The notes under the pieces were generated by a model. That model was not told the origin of the DNA. It worked only from the letters and a program-made list of their open reading frames with translations, and made no database searches. 46,836 nucleotides of DNA, taken from an uncultured bacterium. GTDB lineage: Bacteria; UBP14; UBA6098; B30-G16. Shown here piece by piece: positions 17,125 through 27,495 of the stretch. Numbering within the stretch: position 1 is the first letter of the stretch; each line of letters starts with the position of its first letter. The translations under genes and the position numbers were made by a program. The stretch covers positions 1 through 46,836 of the forward strand of contig CBEVQY010000024.1 of assembly GCA_965552135.1 (NCBI GenBank). Reading direction: 5' to 3'.

Positions 17125-18288
17125 GTGCGGGCGGTGGTCATAGTTTTAGACGGCGTTGGCATAGGCTACGCGCCCGATGCCGAGCTCTACGGCGACTGGG
17201 GCGCAGCAACTCTCCAGCACATCGCCGAAAAGATGGGAGGGGTCTTCTGGCGAAACATGTGGAGGCTTGGGCTTTCGAACATCTTCCCCATCGAGGGGAT
17301 GTCGCGGAACCCGAAGCCCGAGGGCGCCTACGGGAACATGATCGAAAAATCGGCGGGGAAGGACTCCACGTCGGGGCACTGGGAGCTTGGCGGGCTTATT
17401 GTGGAGAAGCCCTTCCCGACGTATCCCGACGGCTTTCCGCCCGAGGTCATCGAGCCGTTCGAGGAGCGCATAGGGCGCAAGGTCCTTTGGAACTAGCCAG
17501 CCTCGGGCACGGAGATAATCCAGAGGCTGGGCGAGGAACACATGCGCACAGGTCGACCGATAGTCTACACCTCCGCCGACAGCGTCTTCCAGATAGCGGC
17601 GCACGAGGAGGTGGTTCCCGTCGAGCAGCTCTACGAATGGTGCAGGGTGGCTCGTGAGATTCTGACGGGGGAGCATGCGGTTGCGCGGGTCATAGCAAGA
17701 CCGTTCAGGGGAAAGCCCGGAAACTTCTGGAGAACGCCCAACAGACACGACTTCTCGCTCCCCCCCTTCGGACCCACGATGCTCGACCTCGCTAAGGACG
17801 CCGGACTTGCCACGGTGGCTGTGGGCAAGATATACGACCTCTACGCGGGCGCAGGGATCACCGAGCACATCCCCACGCAGGACAACGCCGACGGCATACG
17901 GAAGACGATCGCGGAGCTTCGCCGCGACTTCGACGGAATCCTAATGACGAACCTCGTGGACTTCGACATGAAGTACGGTCACCGCAGGAACGTCGTTGCC
18001 TTTGCCGCGGCGCTGAGGGAGTTCGACGAGGCACTGCCCGAGATAATCGATGCCCTCGCCCCCGACGACATCCTCTTCGTAACAGCCGACCACGGCAACG
18101 ACCCCACCCACTACGGCACGGACCACACGCGCGAGCGGGTTCCGCTCCTCGTCTGCGGCGCAAAGGTGCGACCGGGGGACATCGGCACCCGCGAAACCTT
18201 CGCCGACCTCGGAGCCACAGTGTGCGAATACCTCGGAGCCAAACCCACAAAGGACGGAAAAAGCTTCCTCAGCAAAATCATCGCCTGA
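17125..18288 (+). pseudogene. deoB: Phosphopentomutase interrupted by one in-frame TAG at 17494-17496 (recent nonsense mutation, read error or readthrough)
   Basis: GGGGAGG RBS plus GTG 17125; [70 protein letters not shown] and DHTRE motifs. The two track ORFs (16972-17496 and 17542-18288) are in the same frame. Confidence 0.85.
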
Positions 18289-18297
18289 GGGAACGGC

Positions 18298-18675
18298 TTA
18301 CTTCCCCGAGCCAGCGCTCCGCTCAAGCGAGGCAAGCTTTTCCATCATAAGCGTCGTCTTCATCTCTATCGCGGTGAGGATCCAAAACTGATAGTGGTTC
18401 ACCTTGGCCTGGGTGTGCATGAGATATATAAGTTTTAGCGACACAAGGAGAACAGCGAAGTCAAGTGCCATTGTGCCGACCACACGCCGCCAGAAGATCT
18501 CGACGGCGAAAAGTCCTAAAACCAAGACCAAAAACAAGGCGTTGAGGATTCTGTCCTTCTTCGTGGGCTTTCCGCCGTATGAGCCCAAAAGCCTCCTAAG
18601 CTTCTCGTCGTGGAGGAAAGCCAGCGCCTCGTGCTCAGCCTGCTCAAGGTCCTTTTCCGTAAACTCCCTCGTCAT
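18298..18675 (-). CDS. Small hypothetical membrane protein with two predicted TM helices
   Basis: GAGG RBS; host-like codon usage; two hydrophobic segments; lies 18 bp downstream of panC on the same strand. Confidence 0.75.
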   Translation of the reverse strand: MTREFTEKDLEQAEHEALAFLHDEKLRRLLGSYGGKPTKKDRILNALFLVLVLGLFAVEIFWRRVVGTMALDFAVLLVSLKLIYLMHTQAKVNHYQFWILTAIEMKTTLMMEKLASLERSAGSGK

Positions 18676-18693
18676 ATCAGCCTCTCGCTCCGG

Positions 18694-19551
18694 TTAATTT
18701 TTCTCCACATCTATGACTATATTATCTATAAGTCTGGCTTTTCCTAAGAAAGCCGCGAGCGCTATCATGACTTTGCCCCTCACCTCATCCAGGGGCTCCA
18801 TAGTGTCGGCATCGACGATATCTATATATTGCACTCTGAACGGTCCAGCCCCTTCGATGTATTTTCGCATAGCCGAAATTATATTTGCGCTTCTCCTCTC
18901 GCCCTGTTCGATGAGCTTTTTAGCCATAAGCAGCGATTTATATAGCGCTGGCGCGACTTTGCGCTCCTCGGGTGTCAGGTATTCGTTTCGCGAGGACATA
19001 GCCAAACCGTCCTGCTCGCGGACGGTGGGGGCAGCGATTATCTCGACGGGTAAGTTCAGGTCGCGGACCATGCGCTTTATCACGGCAAGCTGCTGACCGT
19101 CCTTCTGACCGAAGACGGCGAAGTGGGGCATAACTATGTTAAAAAGCTTTGTGACTACGGTTGTAACACCGCGAAAGTGCCCGGGACGGTATTTGCCGCA
19201 GAGCACTTCGGTCATCCTGCCTGTGACCTCAACGTAGGTGCAAAAGCCTTCGGGGTACATCTCCTCGACCTTCGGCACGAAGAGCACGTCGACCCCCTCC
19301 TTCTCGCAGAGAGCCTTGTCGCGCTCCAGGTCGCGAGGATAGTCGTTGTAGTCCTCGTTTGGACCGAACTGGGTTGGGTTCACGAAGATCGACACCACAA
19401 GGAGGTCGCACCTCGCCCGGGCGATGCGTATGAGGGATAGATGCCCCTCGTGCAGGTATCCCATCGTCGGGACGAAGCCTACAACGTCACCACGCATGCG
19501 GCGCTCCTGAGCGATACGCCGCATATCGGATATGCTCTCGACGATCTCCAT
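18694..19551 (-). CDS. panC: Pantoate--beta-alanine ligase
   Basis: FVPTMGYLHEGH, SIFVNPTQF, RPGHFRGV, FGQKDGQQ, GLAMSSRN and RLIDN motifs. Alternative start GTG at 19557. Confidence 0.97.
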   Translation of the reverse strand: MEIVESISDMRRIAQERRMRGDVVGFVPTMGYLHEGHLSLIRIARARCDLLVVSIFVNPTQFGPNEDYNDYPRDLERDKALCEKEGVDVLFVPKVEEMYPEGFCTYVEVTGRMTEVLCGKYRPGHFRGVTTVVTKLFNIVMPHFAVFGQKDGQQLAVIKRMVRDLNLPVEIIAAPTVREQDGLAMSSRNEYLTPEERKVAPALYKSLLMAKKLIEQGERRSANIISAMRKYIEGAGPFRVQYIDIVDADTMEPLDEVRGKVMIALAAFLGKARLIDNIVIDVEKN

Positions 19552-19614
19552 AGGCACAAGTATATAAGACAGGTGCGGCTCACAAAGTCAACGGAAAAGC
19601 CCGCGCATTCCGGT

Positions 19615-20688
19615 TCACTCAAGGCTTGCGAGCGCAGCCTTGAGCTTGTCTATTATCCTCACGGGCTTCGGATCCTCCTCGTTTAGTATAGCGAGGTAAT
19701 AGCTCGTGAAGTCGCCAAGCTGGATGAGCTCGAACATCCGCGTCATAAAGGGTGCATCTTTCTGGGGCGGCTCGAGGAATATCGGCTCCACACCAAGCTC
19801 CCTCATCACGCCGGCGACGAAGTCCATCCTGAACCTGTTGCGGGGATGGTCCTCGGGATCCACAAGGAAGATGGGCTGAAGGTGCTCGCCAAGCTCGTAG
19901 AGGTGCCTCCATCCGACGAGTTCGTTGTGGTTCATCTCGGGCACGACGGCGGAGTACGCGAGCGCCTTGCCGTTCTCGTTTATCTGTCCTCGGAATCTTG
20001 TGGCAACCGCCTCAAGCCTCGGCGACGAATACACAAGGGGCAGCTTCCCGTGGAGCTTTCGGGCAAGCTTTTTTGCGGCGTTATCGCTTTCGGGAACGTC
20101 CTTGGCGAGCTTCTCCGCCCCCTTGTGGAGGGCGTATTGCGTCGTCTCGATCGCCTCCCGCTGCGAGGGCAAAAATCCCCACAGCTCGAAGAGGGTCACG
20201 AGCGGGACGAAGGAGTATCCCAGGGCGGCGCGTGGCGGCAAGCCCTGGGGGATCTCCGCGCAGCCAAAGCCGAGGTCCTGCGCAAGCTCGAAGAGTTGGC
20301 CGTCGCTTGTGATCGCAAAAAGCTGCGCGCCCAAAAACCTCGCCGCCTCAAGCGCCTGAAGCGTCTCCTCTGTGTTGCCGGAGTACGACGACAGGATCAC
20401 GAGGCTCCTTTTGTCGACGAATGCGGGCAGAAGGTAATCGCGGTTGACGAACATCGGCTTTCGCAGCTCGTAGAGGGCGTAGCACCGCAGAAGATCAGCG
20501 CCTATGGCTGATCCACCCATCCCAGCGACGACTATGTTCGCCACATCGGAAGGGTCCACAAGCCCGTAGTCCGATGCCTCGGCGATCTCGCGCCCGCGCG
20601 AAAACTGCTCGTGGAAGTTGTACAAAAGCGAGTGCATGTCGCCGGGGTCGTACTTCTCGTAGGTTCTTGCGTCATCAAGCATCGTCAC
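19615..20688 (-). CDS. Bifunctional phosphoglucose/phosphomannose isomerase (SIS fold)
   Basis: AGMGGSAIG, SSYSGNTEET, QINENGK and PEMNHNELVGW motifs. Confidence 0.93.
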   Translation of the reverse strand: MTMLDDARTYEKYDPGDMHSLLYNFHEQFSRGREIAEASDYGLVDPSDVANIVVAGMGGSAIGADLLRCYALYELRKPMFVNRDYLLPAFVDKRSLVILSSYSGNTEETLQALEAARFLGAQLFAITSDGQLFELAQDLGFGCAEIPQGLPPRAALGYSFVPLVTLFELWGFLPSQREAIETTQYALHKGAEKLAKDVPESDNAAKKLARKLHGKLPLVYSSPRLEAVATRFRGQINENGKALAYSAVVPEMNHNELVGWRHLYELGEHLQPIFLVDPEDHPRNRFRMDFVAGVMRELGVEPIFLEPPQKDAPFMTRMFELIQLGDFTSYYLAILNEEDPKPVRIIDKLKAALASLE

Positions 20689-20721
20689 CTCCTCACGTTT
20701 CTTTCTCCCCTCGGGGCGCGG

Positions 20722-20991
20722 TCAAATGAACCCAAGCCATCTCCGCCGCCTCCTGTGCCCGGGACCTCCCATGGGCTTTACGCGGATAAGGGCAGCCTCG
20801 CTGCGGCGGAGCGAAACCCGCGCACCCATAACCTCAACCTCCATCGGATCCCCCAGCGGGGCAAAGCGGATCACAGTGACCACCCTGCCGGGCAAAAAGC
20901 CCATATCCAAAAGCCTCTGGCGAACCTGACCGCCGCCCAAAACGTCGCGTATCATGCCCGACTCACCGGGCTTTAGCATCGAAAGAAGCAT
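20722..20991 (-). CDS. feoA: FeoA family protein
   Basis: RQRLLDMGFLPG...APLGDPMEVEV...SLRRSEA. Confidence 0.9.
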   Translation of the reverse strand: MLLSMLKPGESGMIRDVLGGGQVRQRLLDMGFLPGRVVTVIRFAPLGDPMEVEVMGARVSLRRSEAALIRVKPMGGPGHRRRRRWLGFI

Positions 20992-20998
20992 ACGCCAC

Positions 20999-23900
20999 CT
21001 ACTTGATGTACAAAACCTTGCGAACGAAGCTCTGCTTTCCGACGGTTACCTCGAGTAGATACACTCCCGCTGGGGTCTTTTGCGGCGCCCAGCGAATGTA
21101 TCCGCCCCTTGGCGCACCCAGTCCTTCCCGGTATACGATTCTGCCTACGGGATCGCGCACGCAAAGCCGCACCGGCAGGCCAGCGGCGTTCTCGAACGGC
21201 AAAACGACGACGTCGTTGAAGGGATTGGGCACTGGAATCCCCACGACCGCGCTTTTTGCCCTGGCGTCGCTTACGAACCCAACTCTGCGCAAAACGACAT
21301 CGAGCCGCAGCGGCACCTCGGGATCCACAGTGCACGAAAGCGTTGTATCGTAGCAGTCGGCGCGCGAGAAGGTGATGCTGTACGGTCCGGCTTTCGCGGC
21401 GAAGGAGAAACGTCCGTGCGCCTCCGTTGTGTCAACAACGGTCACAGGTCCGATTGCGGTCACAACGACGTCCGATGCGGGTTCGCCACCCTCAATTGAG
21501 ACCTCGCCGTAAACGGCGCCATCGGTCTGGTCCGGCGGAAGAAGATACTCGACGATGTTGGAAAGGATCTTTGCGGCGTCTGTAGAGTCGACGAAGGCGG
21601 AGTTGTACGTAAATCCGCAGAAAGCGCTCCGGGCCAAACCCCGCCCGTCGGAATCGGGGAACAAAAGGACGCAGCCAAGCGTTGTGTCGGCGGCTGTCCT
21701 GTAGAAGTAGTAAGCACCCTCCGCGGGGCGAACCACATCGAAGATCTGATAGTCCCAGAACGAGACGCTGACCGTGGGGATGTTCTCATCAAGGACGTTG
21801 GGGAAGAAGGTTACGAGGCTGTCCCAGAAAAGAGGTGAGACGGCAAAGCCTTCATCGCCGGGATCGTCCGACTCGTATGCTCCGATGTGCAGGAGGTCGG
21901 TTGCGAAGTTGGGCGAGAATCCTCCCTCCTCAAGCACCTGATACGCCACTTCACCGCCCTCAAAGACGACTCTCCCGCCGCTCAGGTGGTAGTCCAAAAG
22001 CGTAGAGAGTCTTGCTGCGGTTGCGGAGAAGGAGTTATCGCCTGCGGAGTAGAGCACGAGGTTATAGTCCCACATCGTGGCGGTGTCGGGGAACGTGGTC
22101 GCAAGGTCGACGGAGTAGCCGAGGCTTTCGAGGTCGTCGCGTATCCGGGCCGGGGCGACGCCGTCGGAGGAGACGTCGATAACGAGCACATCCGCGCTTG
22201 CGGCGTCAAGCGGCACGTCGAGATCGGTGAACGGCGTGGACGCCGAAAACGAAATGCGCTTGGGCTTAAAGCCCCTTGCGCGCACAAAGGCAACGTAGTC
22301 GCAGTAGGGAAGCTCACCGAGGGAATACATCCCAGCGTCGACCCTCTCCCCCACCGACACAACCTCTCCGATCACGGGCGCCAAAAGCTCCACTTCGGCG
22401 ACAAGCGGCGTGCCTATCTCGTCGTGGACGAAGACCCGCACGTCGCTGCGCGGAGTCGGCGTCATCGAAAACGTATAGTCGCCGCGAACGGTGAGGAGGA
22501 ACGTGTAGCTCGTATCGTAGTATCCGAACCCCTGCAGGGCGACGGTGTAGGTATCGCAGAAGAACCAGCCCGGCAGCGAGAAGGTTCCGTCCCAGTCGGT
22601 TCGCGTGGTTCCAACAGTATCGCCGTCGTGCAGGAGGGTGAGCACGGGACGTCCCAAAACGGGGCTGCCGCCGCTGTCGACCACGACGCCGTAAAAAGGT
22701 CCAGCCGCCCACACAACACGGACGGTGTCCTGCAGGATCACATATCCGGGCTTGGCAAAGGTGAACACAACGGGCATATCCGTCGTGGGCGTTATGGTTG
22801 TCGAAAACGTATCGCCCGAAACGACAACGCTTTCCGGCTCCAAGCCGCCACCTTCGATGTAGCAGGTGAAGCCGCCTGCTGAAAGGACGTACCTTATGCT
22901 TCCCTCGAACCCTGCGGCGAGCGTGTCCCAAAGCAAAATGGACTCCACACCAACATCCCTTCCGACAACGCTCCAGCTTGCCGCGCCGTAGCAGGGAAGC
23001 TGACGGAACAAAAGCCTCCTGCCACCGTGGATAACGACGAGGGAGAGAACCCCCTCGTACGGAGGGTTGATGATCATCTCCGCGTATCCTGAGCTGTCGG
23101 TGAAGGTGCTTTCGACGACGCCGTAGCCGGAAACCTTTACCAAAGCGCCTGCATAGGGAACCCCAGCACCATCGGTGACGGATATGGAGAAGACGTTATC
23201 GACGCCGACGTGCAGGCTCTCGGGCGAATACTCTGCCACGCAGAGGAACTCGTTCGGCACAAGCTCGACGAAGGGTTTAAAGAAGTTCGGCTTTGTTGCC
23301 ACAACCCAAACCGAACCGGCGCTGTCGGGCTCGAACTCGGGCGTTATGCGGACGCTCCCCCAAGCTGACCTGCCAACGCCTATCCTTCCGTCGCTGCGCC
23401 AGAGACACACCGTTGCGCCGTCGACTGAGACGGGGATGTCGAGGTAGTCCTCGCCGAGCGGCACAACGCCGCCCCACGCGGAGAGATCCACGTCGATGCT
23501 CTCGGGCTCGCCCCAGTAAAGCCAGAGCGCAGGATCACCGAGGTTGTGGTAGACCTCGAAGTAATACCTCGCCGTGCCGTACCCGGCGAGCAGAAGCTCC
23601 AGGTTAGCCTTAAACGTTGCGCCGGCGATGGATGTGAAACCATCCTCGAACACCGCGTCGAACCAGCGGCGCTCCCAGATATCGTCCTCGATCCAGTACG
23701 TCGAGTTCGATGCGCCGATGAACGCAACTGCGCCCTTGTGCGGAGCCCTAACCCAAGCCTCGCCAAAACACTCCGATACGTCGAACTTACCCGTGAGACA
23801 CGCGTTGCTTATGACGAGCGGATACATCCCGTCGTTTGTGAGCGATGCTATATCGTGGATCGAAACCGATGGATTTCCCCACCCGTCGGTGTTCCCGTGC

Positions 23901-25150
23901 CCCGAGTAATCCACAAGCAGCGCGCCGGCGTTTATCGCGCTCAAGACGTCTTCGCCGGTGGCGCCGTCGAAAGCCCAGAGCGACTCGGGCTCGTACTCGG
24001 GCGGGGTAAGCCAGGTCGTGAAGACGTACCTGTGGGTGCTCTCCGCAAGCTCATAGTCGCCGTCGATGCCGCAGGCAACGAACACAGGGTGCCGCAGGAA
24101 GCTGCTTTCGCCCATCATGAACCGCTCGTAGAAAACCGCCTTTTCCACCACAGCCTCGACCTGCTCTGCGGTGGCGCACGGAAAGCGCCCGTAGAGGATG
24201 TCGGGCAGGTAGTCGTCCCCGTCGACGGTGAAGTAGTAAAGGTCGGTCGGGTGGGAATCCCACCCCGACGAGACAACCTTGGGCGGGATCTGCTCAGCAT
24301 CGCCGACGAAAAGCACGAAGTCCGGAGGCTTTTCCCACCCCTCGTAGGCGTCCGAGATAGCCTCACGCAGCGACGACGTATCGGCGCCGATGGACGAGAT
24401 GGGCGTTGTAACGACATCGTAGCCCAACTTCCTCTTCCACTCCACAAGCGGCTCGATGGCGCCGGCGAAGTCGTCGTGGTATATCAGCCAGTAGACGACG
24501 GGCACGTTCGGCTCGGGGGGAATGTCCTCGGGTATGGGCAACACGCGCCCAAGGAGCCCGTCGAAGACGGGCGAGCGAAGCCTTTGGTCAGGGGGGCGCA
24601 AAGGCTCGTCGAAGCTTACGTCCACAACGGCGGAGCGTATGTAACAAAGCCTCCCCGAGCGCGGGTCGTACTCGACCACAGGGAAGACCTCCAAAAGCCC
24701 GAGCCTCCTTCCGCGCAAGATTCCGATGGGGGATATCCGCGCCCAGTCGCGGGCGCCGAGCGTCAGCATCGAATCGCGATACCACGCTGCATCCTCAACC
24801 GTGCTCCAGCTCGACATCCACTTCGGGCGCGGCGGCTGCCTGGGAAAAACCTTCCCCGGCAGACCAAGCTGAGGCAGATAAACGGTGTCGACCTCGACGT
24901 TCCACACCGCAACGTCAAAATCGCCGCTTTCGGGGATGCGCAGGAGGGTTCTTAGTGCTGGCATCTGCGGCCTGCCGACATCGCCGCAAACGCCGCCGCC
25001 ATCGATCGAAACAAAGGTATATCCCTGCCGCGCGCCAAGCTTTAGCTTCACGTTGAGAACGAACTCCACCCCGTCGCGCGAATGTGTGACGGGCGCAAGC
25101 GCACCGCCGAAGGCGAGCGAAAACAAAACCGCAACCGTCAAAACGCGCAT
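20999..25150 (-). CDS. Gingipain-like C25 cysteine peptidase with propeptide, Ig/carboxypeptidase-regulatory-like repeats and T9SS-like tail
   Basis: RBS plus ATG at 25150 with signal peptide; propeptide GRPQMP; FVLFVGDAEQIP, PDILYGRFP, catalytic YSGHG and SNACLTG, NLGDPAL; C-terminal VPNPFN...GVYLLEV..RKVLYIK. Confidence 0.92.
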   Translation of the reverse strand: MRVLTVAVLFSLAFGGALAPVTHSRDGVEFVLNVKLKLGARQGYTFVSIDGGGVCGDVGRPQMPALRTLLRIPESGDFDVAVWNVEVDTVYLPQLGLPGKVFPRQPPRPKWMSSWSTVEDAAWYRDSMLTLGARDWARISPIGILRGRRLGLLEVFPVVEYDPRSGRLCYIRSAVVDVSFDEPLRPPDQRLRSPVFDGLLGRVLPIPEDIPPEPNVPVVYWLIYHDDFAGAIEPLVEWKRKLGYDVVTTPISSIGADTSSLREAISDAYEGWEKPPDFVLFVGDAEQIPPKVVSSGWDSHPTDLYYFTVDGDDYLPDILYGRFPCATAEQVEAVVEKAVFYERFMMGESSFLRHPVFVACGIDGDYELAESTHRYVFTTWLTPPEYEPESLWAFDGATGEDVLSAINAGALLVDYSGHGNTDGWGNPSVSIHDIASLTNDGMYPLVISNACLTGKFDVSECFGEAWVRAPHKGAVAFIGASNSTYWIEDDIWERRWFDAVFEDGFTSIAGATFKANLELLLAGYGTARYYFEVYHNLGDPALWLYWGEPESIDVDLSAWGGVVPLGEDYLDIPVSVDGATVCLWRSDGRIGVGRSAWGSVRITPEFEPDSAGSVWVVATKPNFFKPFVELVPNEFLCVAEYSPESLHVGVDNVFSISVTDGAGVPYAGALVKVSGYGVVESTFTDSSGYAEMIINPPYEGVLSLVVIHGGRRLLFRQLPCYGAASWSVVGRDVGVESILLWDTLAAGFEGSIRYVLSAGGFTCYIEGGGLEPESVVVSGDTFSTTITPTTDMPVVFTFAKPGYVILQDTVRVVWAAGPFYGVVVDSGGSPVLGRPVLTLLHDGDTVGTTRTDWDGTFSLPGWFFCDTYTVALQGFGYYDTSYTFLLTVRGDYTFSMTPTPRSDVRVFVHDEIGTPLVAEVELLAPVIGEVVSVGERVDAGMYSLGELPYCDYVAFVRARGFKPKRISFSASTPFTDLDVPLDAASADVLVIDVSSDGVAPARIRDDLESLGYSVDLATTFPDTATMWDYNLVLYSAGDNSFSATAARLSTLLDYHLSGGRVVFEGGEVAYQVLEEGGFSPNFATDLLHIGAYESDDPGDEGFAVSPLFWDSLVTFFPNVLDENIPTVSVSFWDYQIFDVVRPAEGAYYFYRTAADTTLGCVLLFPDSDGRGLARSAFCGFTYNSAFVDSTDAAKILSNIVEYLLPPDQTDGAVYGEVSIEGGEPASDVVVTAIGPVTVVDTTEAHGRFSFAAKAGPYSITFSRADCYDTTLSCTVDPEVPLRLDVVLRRVGFVSDARAKSAVVGIPVPNPFNDVVVLPFENAAGLPVRLCVRDPVGRIVYREGLGAPRGGYIRWAPQKTPAGVYLLEVTVGKQSFVRKVLYIK

Positions 25151-25180
25151 CGCTCCACCTCGAAAACATCCAACCATAAA

Positions 25181-25209
25181 ATTATAAGGACTCCACGCCG
25201 CTTTCACAA
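25181..25209 (-). promoter_or_regulatory. Putative promoter TTGTGA-N17-TATAAT for the C25 peptidase-feoA-pgi/pmi unit
   Basis: Consensus -10 box with 17-nt spacing; also supports ATG 25150 as the true start. Confidence 0.6.
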
Positions 25210-25227
25210 GGGCGAAAAAGCGCTGGG

Positions 25228-26823
25228 TCACCTGCGGCGAAGCTTGAGCAGAAGAAGCTGGAGGAACTGGTCGATCTCGGCAACCTTCCCGAGCCTTCCG
25301 ACCGCAACGGTCGCCAGAGCCCATAGGAGGGACGGGATGAAAAGCTGCGCGGTTTTCGCGGCAAAGCCCTCCTGCGGGATGGCAAGCTCAGTGGCTTTGG
25401 CGAAAGCCCAGGTGAGCGCAAAGATCACAAAAGAGGCGGCTGCAATTCGCGCCAGGGCGCGCAGTTCGTCGGAGAAGTCGAGTGCCCCCCTTTTGTGCAG
25501 TATCCGCAGGAGGATGAAGACCTGTATCGTCGACGCCAGGGAGCTTGCCAAAGCCAGCCCACCGTGCGCAAGTGGACCCACAAGAAGCAGGTTGAGGACG
25601 ATGTTTATCCCCAACGCCAAAGCCGCCGTGATAACGGGCGTTTTCGTGTCCTTCATCGCGTAAAAGCCCTGGGTGAGTATCTTAAACGAGCTGAACGCGA
25701 AAAGCCCAAACGCGTACATCCCGAGGGCGTATGCGGTCATGGGCGTTGATACTGCTCCCGAGAAGCTCCCCCGCTCCAGCAGGAACGCGACGATCTGCCT
25801 GCGCAGCGCAAGGATGTACGCCGAGATCGGCAGCATCGCACCCCAGATGAGCCTCGTCGAGAACGAAAGCGTTTCGCGGAACCTTTCGGTTTCGTTCTGC
25901 GCAACAAGATCAGAGAGAGCTGGCAGCGAAGCCGTTGCCATAGCTATGCTGGCAAGCCCCATGGGGAAGAAGATCATCCTGTTGGAGTACGTGAGGGCTG
26001 CCACGCTCCCCTCCGGCAGGAACGACGCCAGAAGTATATCCACGATGAAGTTCACCTCCGCCACGGCAAGCCCGGCGAAGGCAGGTGCAAGAAGCCTTCC
26101 GACCTCCACAATCGCTGAGATCTTCCGCCGGAGGAGGGGTTTAAACCTGAAGCCAATTTTTGCCATAGCCGGCAGCTGGACGGCGAACTGCATGGCGCCC
26201 CCGAGGAGAACGCCTCCCGCCACGATGAGCGCCTGCTTCTCCGGTGCGATGCCGCGACAGCGCCACATGACGAAAAGTGCTCCCGCAAGCCATCCCAGGT
26301 TCAGGAAGGCGGGCGCAAGTCCGGGCAGGAAGAAGCGCTTGTGCGCGTTCAGAACAGCCATCGCCCACGTCGAAAACGCCATAAACCCGATGTAGGGGAA
26401 AAGGAGCCTAAGCAGCCTCACCGTGAGCGCGAACTTTTCGGGCTCGTCGTGCCAGCCGTAAGCGAAAACGTATGCCACATAGGGCGCTGTGATCACACCC
26501 AAAGCTATAACGACCGCCATTGCGAAGGCGAGCGCCACCGCCACCGACGACGCAAAGACAAACGCCTCGTCGTCGCCGAGCTGAACCCTCTCCTGGGTAT
26601 ATCGCGGCACGAGCACAACCAAAAGCCCGCTTTCCCCAAACGCCCGCCTGAGCAGATTGGGGAAACGAAATGCCGCCGAGAAGGCATCGGCAACGGCGCC
26701 GGTGCCGAAAAGCGCCGCCATTGCCATCTCGCGCAAAAGACCAAATATCCGGCTTATAAGCGTCCCCAGGCTCGTCAAAAACGCCCACTTGACTATGCCG
26801 CGGTGTTCCTTTTTAATTGGCAT
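25228..26823 (-). CDS. murJ: Lipid II flippase MurJ (MviN)
   Basis: SRIFGLLRE, ADAFSAAFRFPNLLRR and GFYAMKDTKTP motifs; many transmembrane helices. Confidence 0.95.
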   Translation of the reverse strand: MPIKKEHRGIVKWAFLTSLGTLISRIFGLLREMAMAALFGTGAVADAFSAAFRFPNLLRRAFGESGLLVVLVPRYTQERVQLGDDEAFVFASSVAVALAFAMAVVIALGVITAPYVAYVFAYGWHDEPEKFALTVRLLRLLFPYIGFMAFSTWAMAVLNAHKRFFLPGLAPAFLNLGWLAGALFVMWRCRGIAPEKQALIVAGGVLLGGAMQFAVQLPAMAKIGFRFKPLLRRKISAIVEVGRLLAPAFAGLAVAEVNFIVDILLASFLPEGSVAALTYSNRMIFFPMGLASIAMATASLPALSDLVAQNETERFRETLSFSTRLIWGAMLPISAYILALRRQIVAFLLERGSFSGAVSTPMTAYALGMYAFGLFAFSSFKILTQGFYAMKDTKTPVITAALALGINIVLNLLLVGPLAHGGLALASSLASTIQVFILLRILHKRGALDFSDELRALARIAAASFVIFALTWAFAKATELAIPQEGFAAKTAQLFIPSLLWALATVAVGRLGKVAEIDQFLQLLLLKLRRR

Positions 26824-26832
26824 CAGCTCCGA

Positions 26833-26860
26833 AAGATACTGCCGCGTTGGGTGGTGTCAA
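26833..26860 (-). promoter_or_regulatory. Putative promoter TTGACA-N16-TATCTT for murJ
   Basis: Perfect -35 box; -10 box 9 nt from the ATG; overlaps the start of the divergent flavoprotein gene. Confidence 0.5.
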
Positions 26861-27450
26861 AGCGAAAGGGCAAGATAGTAGGGGTAGTTGGTTCGGGCAG
26901 GCGCCGCAGCAACTCCAGAAGGCTTTTGGAGGCTGCGCTTTCCGCCGCAGAGCGACTTGGCTTTTGCGCAAAGCTTGTCGACGTCCTCGACCTGAACTTT
27001 TGCGGGTGCAACGGCTGCGGCGAGTGCGAAAAAACCGGCGAATGCACCATCGAAGACGACCTCACACCGATCTACAAGCTCCTCGACGAAGCCGACGCGG
27101 TGATCGTTGCGGCGCCGGTATACTTCTACTCCGTCCCGGGGCAGCTTAAGCTCTTCATCGACCGCTTCCAGGCGCGCTGGGCGAAAAGATACGTCCTGGG
27201 CATCGAGCCCAAACGCACCCGACCGGGAGGGCTCATATCCATCGCGGGCTCAAGCGGGGAGAGGGTGTTCGACGGCGTCGTGATGCCCATAAAGTACTTC
27301 ATGAAGGTGCAAGGGATCGAGCTTGTCGAGCCCCTGCTCTTCCGGGGCTGGAGCGGCAACCCCCAGGACCTGCCCGAAAATATGCTCCGAGACGCCCAAA
27401 TCTACGGCGAAACGATCGCTGTAAAAGCCAAAGCCTCTCTAAATCGTTGA
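26851..27450 (+). CDS. Flavodoxin-fold iron-sulfur flavoprotein (NADPH-dependent FMN reductase family)
   Basis: GVVGSGRRRSNS, CxxCxxCxxxxxC (CNGCGECEKTGEC) and APVYFYSVPGQLKLFIDR. Start is uncertain (GTG 26851 or 26854). Confidence 0.85.
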   Translation: MVSKRKGKIVGVVGSGRRRSNSRRLLEAALSAAERLGFCAKLVDVLDLNFCGCNGCGECEKTGECTIEDDLTPIYKLLDEADAVIVAAPVYFYSVPGQLKLFIDRFQARWAKRYVLGIEPKRTRPGGLISIAGSSGERVFDGVVMPIKYFMKVQGIELVEPLLFRGWSGNPQDLPENMLRDAQIYGETIAVKAKASLNR

Positions 27451-27495
27451 TTTTTCCCGCTGTATCGATATACTTTATAAGAAAGGAGGCTTAGC

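Noticed and set aside
17494..17496. Genome-wide TAG reassignment (alternative genetic code)
   Set aside because: TAG ends several conserved genes at their expected C-termini and takes part in interlocked convergent stops. Only one internal TAG was seen.
26341..26850. N-terminal extension of the flavoprotein ORF; likewise 25151-25324 of the C25 ORF and 4600-4725 of the DUF1385 ORF
   Set aside because: These extensions overlap neighbouring genes or promoters, and family homology starts downstream.
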